From: Thermodesulfobacteriota bacterium
GTDB taxonomy: Bacteria; Desulfobacterota; Desulfobacteria; Desulfobacterales; C00003060
DNA: 64,000 nt
Direction: 5' to 3'
Assembly: GCA_034189385.1 (NCBI GenBank)
Contig: JAXHVD010000002.1
Location: forward strand, 96,001-160,000
Shown: piece after piece, positions 61,315 through 64,000 of the stretch
How the letters are laid out: each line of letters opens with the position of its first letter
Numbering within the stretch: the stretch's first letter is position 1
Program-made: the position numbers and the translations under genes
The notes under the pieces: generated by a model
Databases searched by the model: none
Told to the model about the DNA's origin: nothing
The model's input: the letters and a program-made list of their open reading frames with translations, nothing else

Positions 61315-62578
61315 TTGAAGGCATTATCAGCCATAAAGCCTGTCAGTTGGATGAAGGTAGCACTCTACGGGCTTTTGCTTAGGGGTGGTTATCATTCCAC
61401 GCTTACATACCTCATTCGACACTGGTCGAGAGACGATTTTACTTACTGCCCTGGACGGGGCTCTTATGCTTTTCCTTGGGCATTGCCTTTTTCTGGCTGG
61501 GAGAGCTTGGCGGGGAGTATTTAACCCTCTACCTGTCTGTGTGGCTGGTCCTGGTGGGCCTTTGCTGGTTTCACCTGGGGTGGCAGAAGCTTAAAATCAT
61601 TGCCTTTCCTCTGGTCATGGCCTTGGCCATGTTCCCTTTGCCCGGCTTTCTTTACGGGAAGATCTCCGTGCAGTTGAAACTGATCTCCTCACACCTTGGC
61701 GTAGCCATGATGCAGCTGTCCGGCATGTCCGCCTACCGGGAAGGAAATGTCATTGACCTTGGATTTACGCAACTCCAGGTCGTGGATGCCTGTAGCGGGC
61801 TCAGATATCTGATTCCCTTGATCGTCCTTGGCGTCCTTCTGCCTACATGTTCAAGGCGGTCCTCTGAAAAAGGGCGGTGGTGGTCCTTTCCACGGTGCCC
61901 CTTTCCATCATTACGAACAGCCTGCGCATTGCCTTGACGGGCATTCTGTACGAAGTAGCAGGACCAAGGGTGGCGGAGGGCTTCTTCCACGGATTTTCGG
62001 GGTGGTTTATCTTTATGTTTTCTCTGGCAGTACTGCTTGCGGAGATGAAGGTTCTGGGGTTTCAGTTCAAAACAGAGGGCAGAGGGCAGACGGCAGAGGA
62101 CAGTGACGAGGAACAGGAGGCTCAAGGCTCAAGGCAAGAGGAAGCTGAAGGCTCAAAGCTGAAGGCTGAAAGCAATAAACGTGACGGAAACAGTCCGCAG
62201 GGCCGTTCTAGTCCTTTGAGCTTTCAACTTTCAGCTTTCAGCTCCTTTTTTTCTCCTCCTCAGTTCATGGTGGCAGTCATTCTTCTGGGGCTAACCTTTG
62301 GCCTTTCACAAGGCGTGGAATTTCGTGAGAAAATTCCCATCAGCAAGTCATTTGACTACTTTCCAATGGAGGTGGGGGCGTGGTCTGGAAAGGCTCAGAC
62401 CATGGAACAGCGGTTTGTCGATACCCTGGACCTGAGCGACTATGTGCTTATTGACTACAAGGATCGCGGGGGCCGCATTGTGAACTTTTATGTGGCCTAT
62501 TATGAGAGCCAGAGAAAGGGAGAGTCCATCCACTCGCCGGCCACGTGTCTGCCCGGTGGCGGATGGCTGTTCAAAGAG
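61315..62578 (+). pseudogene. Exosortase-EpsI fusion pseudogene
   Basis: REGNVIDLG..QLQVVDACSGLR, NSLRI, FFHGFSG, EpsI IHSPATCLPGGGW; frameshifting deletion near 61449, -1 frameshift near 61841, in-frame TGA at 61865. Confidence 0.88.
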
Positions 62579-63602
62579 GCTGTCTTTGTTATCTATGTGG
62601 TCCAGACTCTATTGGTCACCTCGGCGTTTCTCTTCAGGTTCTATTCGGAATGGTTTCTCTTGATGGCATATGTGTTCTTTTCAGTCACCATCCTTGCAGC
62701 CTTTTTTTGTGCAGAGAAGTCAGGATGGAAACTCCACCGTTACGACTTGCTGGATGTCGTTATCAAAGGAAAGCTGAGGGTCCTCAAGGAGAAGAGGTAT
62801 CTTATTAGAGTTTCCTATAAGATGGTAAAAATAGGGCTGCCTGTACTGCTCCTTTTCTCCTGTTTTCTTCCGGCAACCATGCCTAGAAATGTGGGTTTAT
62901 TGGCACCAGTACTAGTGTCATTACTAACTGTGCAGCGGAAAGCCTTTTACGTGCGACATTGAGTATTTTCGGAATCAGAGGTCAGCTGAGTGAAGCGCTA
63001 AGAATCATAAACTGTTTGAGGACGTTAGCCCGAGTTTTTATGATTCAGCGCAGCGAAGCTGACGTCCCGGAAATGCTCACGGAGCCCGGAAAATGGCTTG
63101 AAGGCGGCACTCTACTTCTTAAAGGGACTTCTGAGACGCGACACTAGGTTTTCTGGGTCTTATCGGCACGGTGTTGCTCGTGAAAAGGGAATGGGCTGGA
63201 GGGGCGTGTCGTCTGAGTGTATATCTCCTGGTCCCGTTTTTGATCTACTTGGACGAACGGTACGCTGCGGCCTGGATGGGTGCCCAGGCAACAATGGCCT
63301 ACAATCTTTCTTTTGGGGCCTTGGTTTTATTCGTGATCGTAACACTGAAGTACACAAGCCGAAAAAAGGGGTTCAAGACCACGCCAATGGACTTCCTGAT
63401 CCTGGCCATCGTGCTCATCGTTCCGAATTTGCCTGATCCTCAGATTCAAGCCTACGGCATGGGCCTGGTGGCCGCCAAGATTGTGGTGATCTTTTTCAGT
63501 TATGAGGTCCTCATGGGCGAGCTTCGGGGAGCATATGGGTCACTTAGCCTGACAACTCTGGCCTTCTTGGGAATAACAGGAGTAAGGGGTCTTATAGGTT
63601 GA
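62579..63602 (+). pseudogene. C-terminal membrane part of a probable WecA/MraY-type glycosyl-1-phosphate transferase, interrupted by the MITE
   Basis: AVFVIYVVQ... TM series continues in frame across the element into FKTTPMDFLIL...KIVVIFFSYE; family assignment inferred. Confidence 0.6.
62916..63143 (+). mobile_element. 228-bp MITE-like element with CTAG target duplication and TGTC/GACA termini
   Basis: CTAG at 62912-62915 and 63144-63147; excision restores the reading frame. Confidence 0.92.
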
Positions 63603-63840
63603 CGGCTCAAATTGGTTCCGCTAAGGTCATGATTTGACGGGCTCTTGGCTCAATGGCTTTTCGCTTATAAGGCGTTTCAGTTTGGCAAAGAGCCCGTTCA
63701 GAGCCTCAAGAGCGTTCCGACAGGGGCCGTCCCACGGTCTCCGTGGGCAAGAGGCGTGATGGGCTGCCCACGATGCCCACAATAAAAGATCAAGGAAGGG
63801 ATGTAAAGATCTCAACATGAGTCAAGAGATAGGGGGAAAA

Positions 63841-64000
63841 ATGAAGCTAGACTTTAAAAGATGTATTCGAATGATCTGTGTGGGGATTACTGCCATGGCC
63901 CTAGTGTCCTGCGGGGGGGCCGAGGAGAAAAGGGCCAAGTTTTACGAGAAAGGAAAGGTCCTGTATGAAAAGGGCGAGTATACCAAGGCGGGCCTTGAGT
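63841..64000 (+). CDS. TPR-repeat lipoprotein (PEP-CTERM-system PrsT-like), 3' truncated by window edge
   Basis: MKLDFKRCIRMICVGITAMALVSC lipobox, then EEKRAKFYEKGKVLYEKGEYTKAGLE. Confidence 0.7.
   Translation, partial: MKLDFKRCIRMICVGITAMALVSCGGAEEKRAKFYEKGKVLYEKGEYTKAGLE

Noticed and set aside
61865..61867. In-frame TGA in the exosortase as selenocysteine or recoding
   Set aside because: It sits at a probable Trp position within a gene carrying other inactivating lesions, so a nonsense mutation is simpler.

Overview
A 64-kb bacterial chromosomal window. Gene content and style fit an anaerobic Desulfobacterota (deltaproteobacterial) genome; this is an inference. Most of it is housekeeping: carA-guaA-carB-purF-kdsB-(giant GlmS-like)-pyrG, a glycine-cleavage/lipoate cluster with a divergent GcvT-SHMT fusion, tRNA-Asn, tex, purD-purE-tsaC, ino1, mgtE-recO-glyQ-glyS, nudF, tsaA and tolC. 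The right end holds a decayed exopolysaccharide/PEP-CTERM (exosortase-EpsI) locus with a BrnT/BrnA toxin-antitoxin pair. The best candidate for an undescribed system is at 14,961-20,954 (minus strand). Two translationally coupled paralogous membrane proteins each carry a degenerate exosortase-like membrane domain and two GATase1/DUF4350-like domains. They are followed by a secreted 168-aa protein with a signal peptide, an acidic spacer and a core of nine Thr-Cys repeats, whose own consensus sigma70 promoter is overlapped by a perfect 26-bp palindrome. The window also has a ~228-bp MITE-like repeat (5 copies; one interrupts a gene with a CTAG duplication), a GxxExxY gene in inverted repeats, and a hairpin-interrupted tRNA-Asn half-copy beside a GIY-YIG remnant. 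All family assignments come from motif recognition by eye; no database searches were run.
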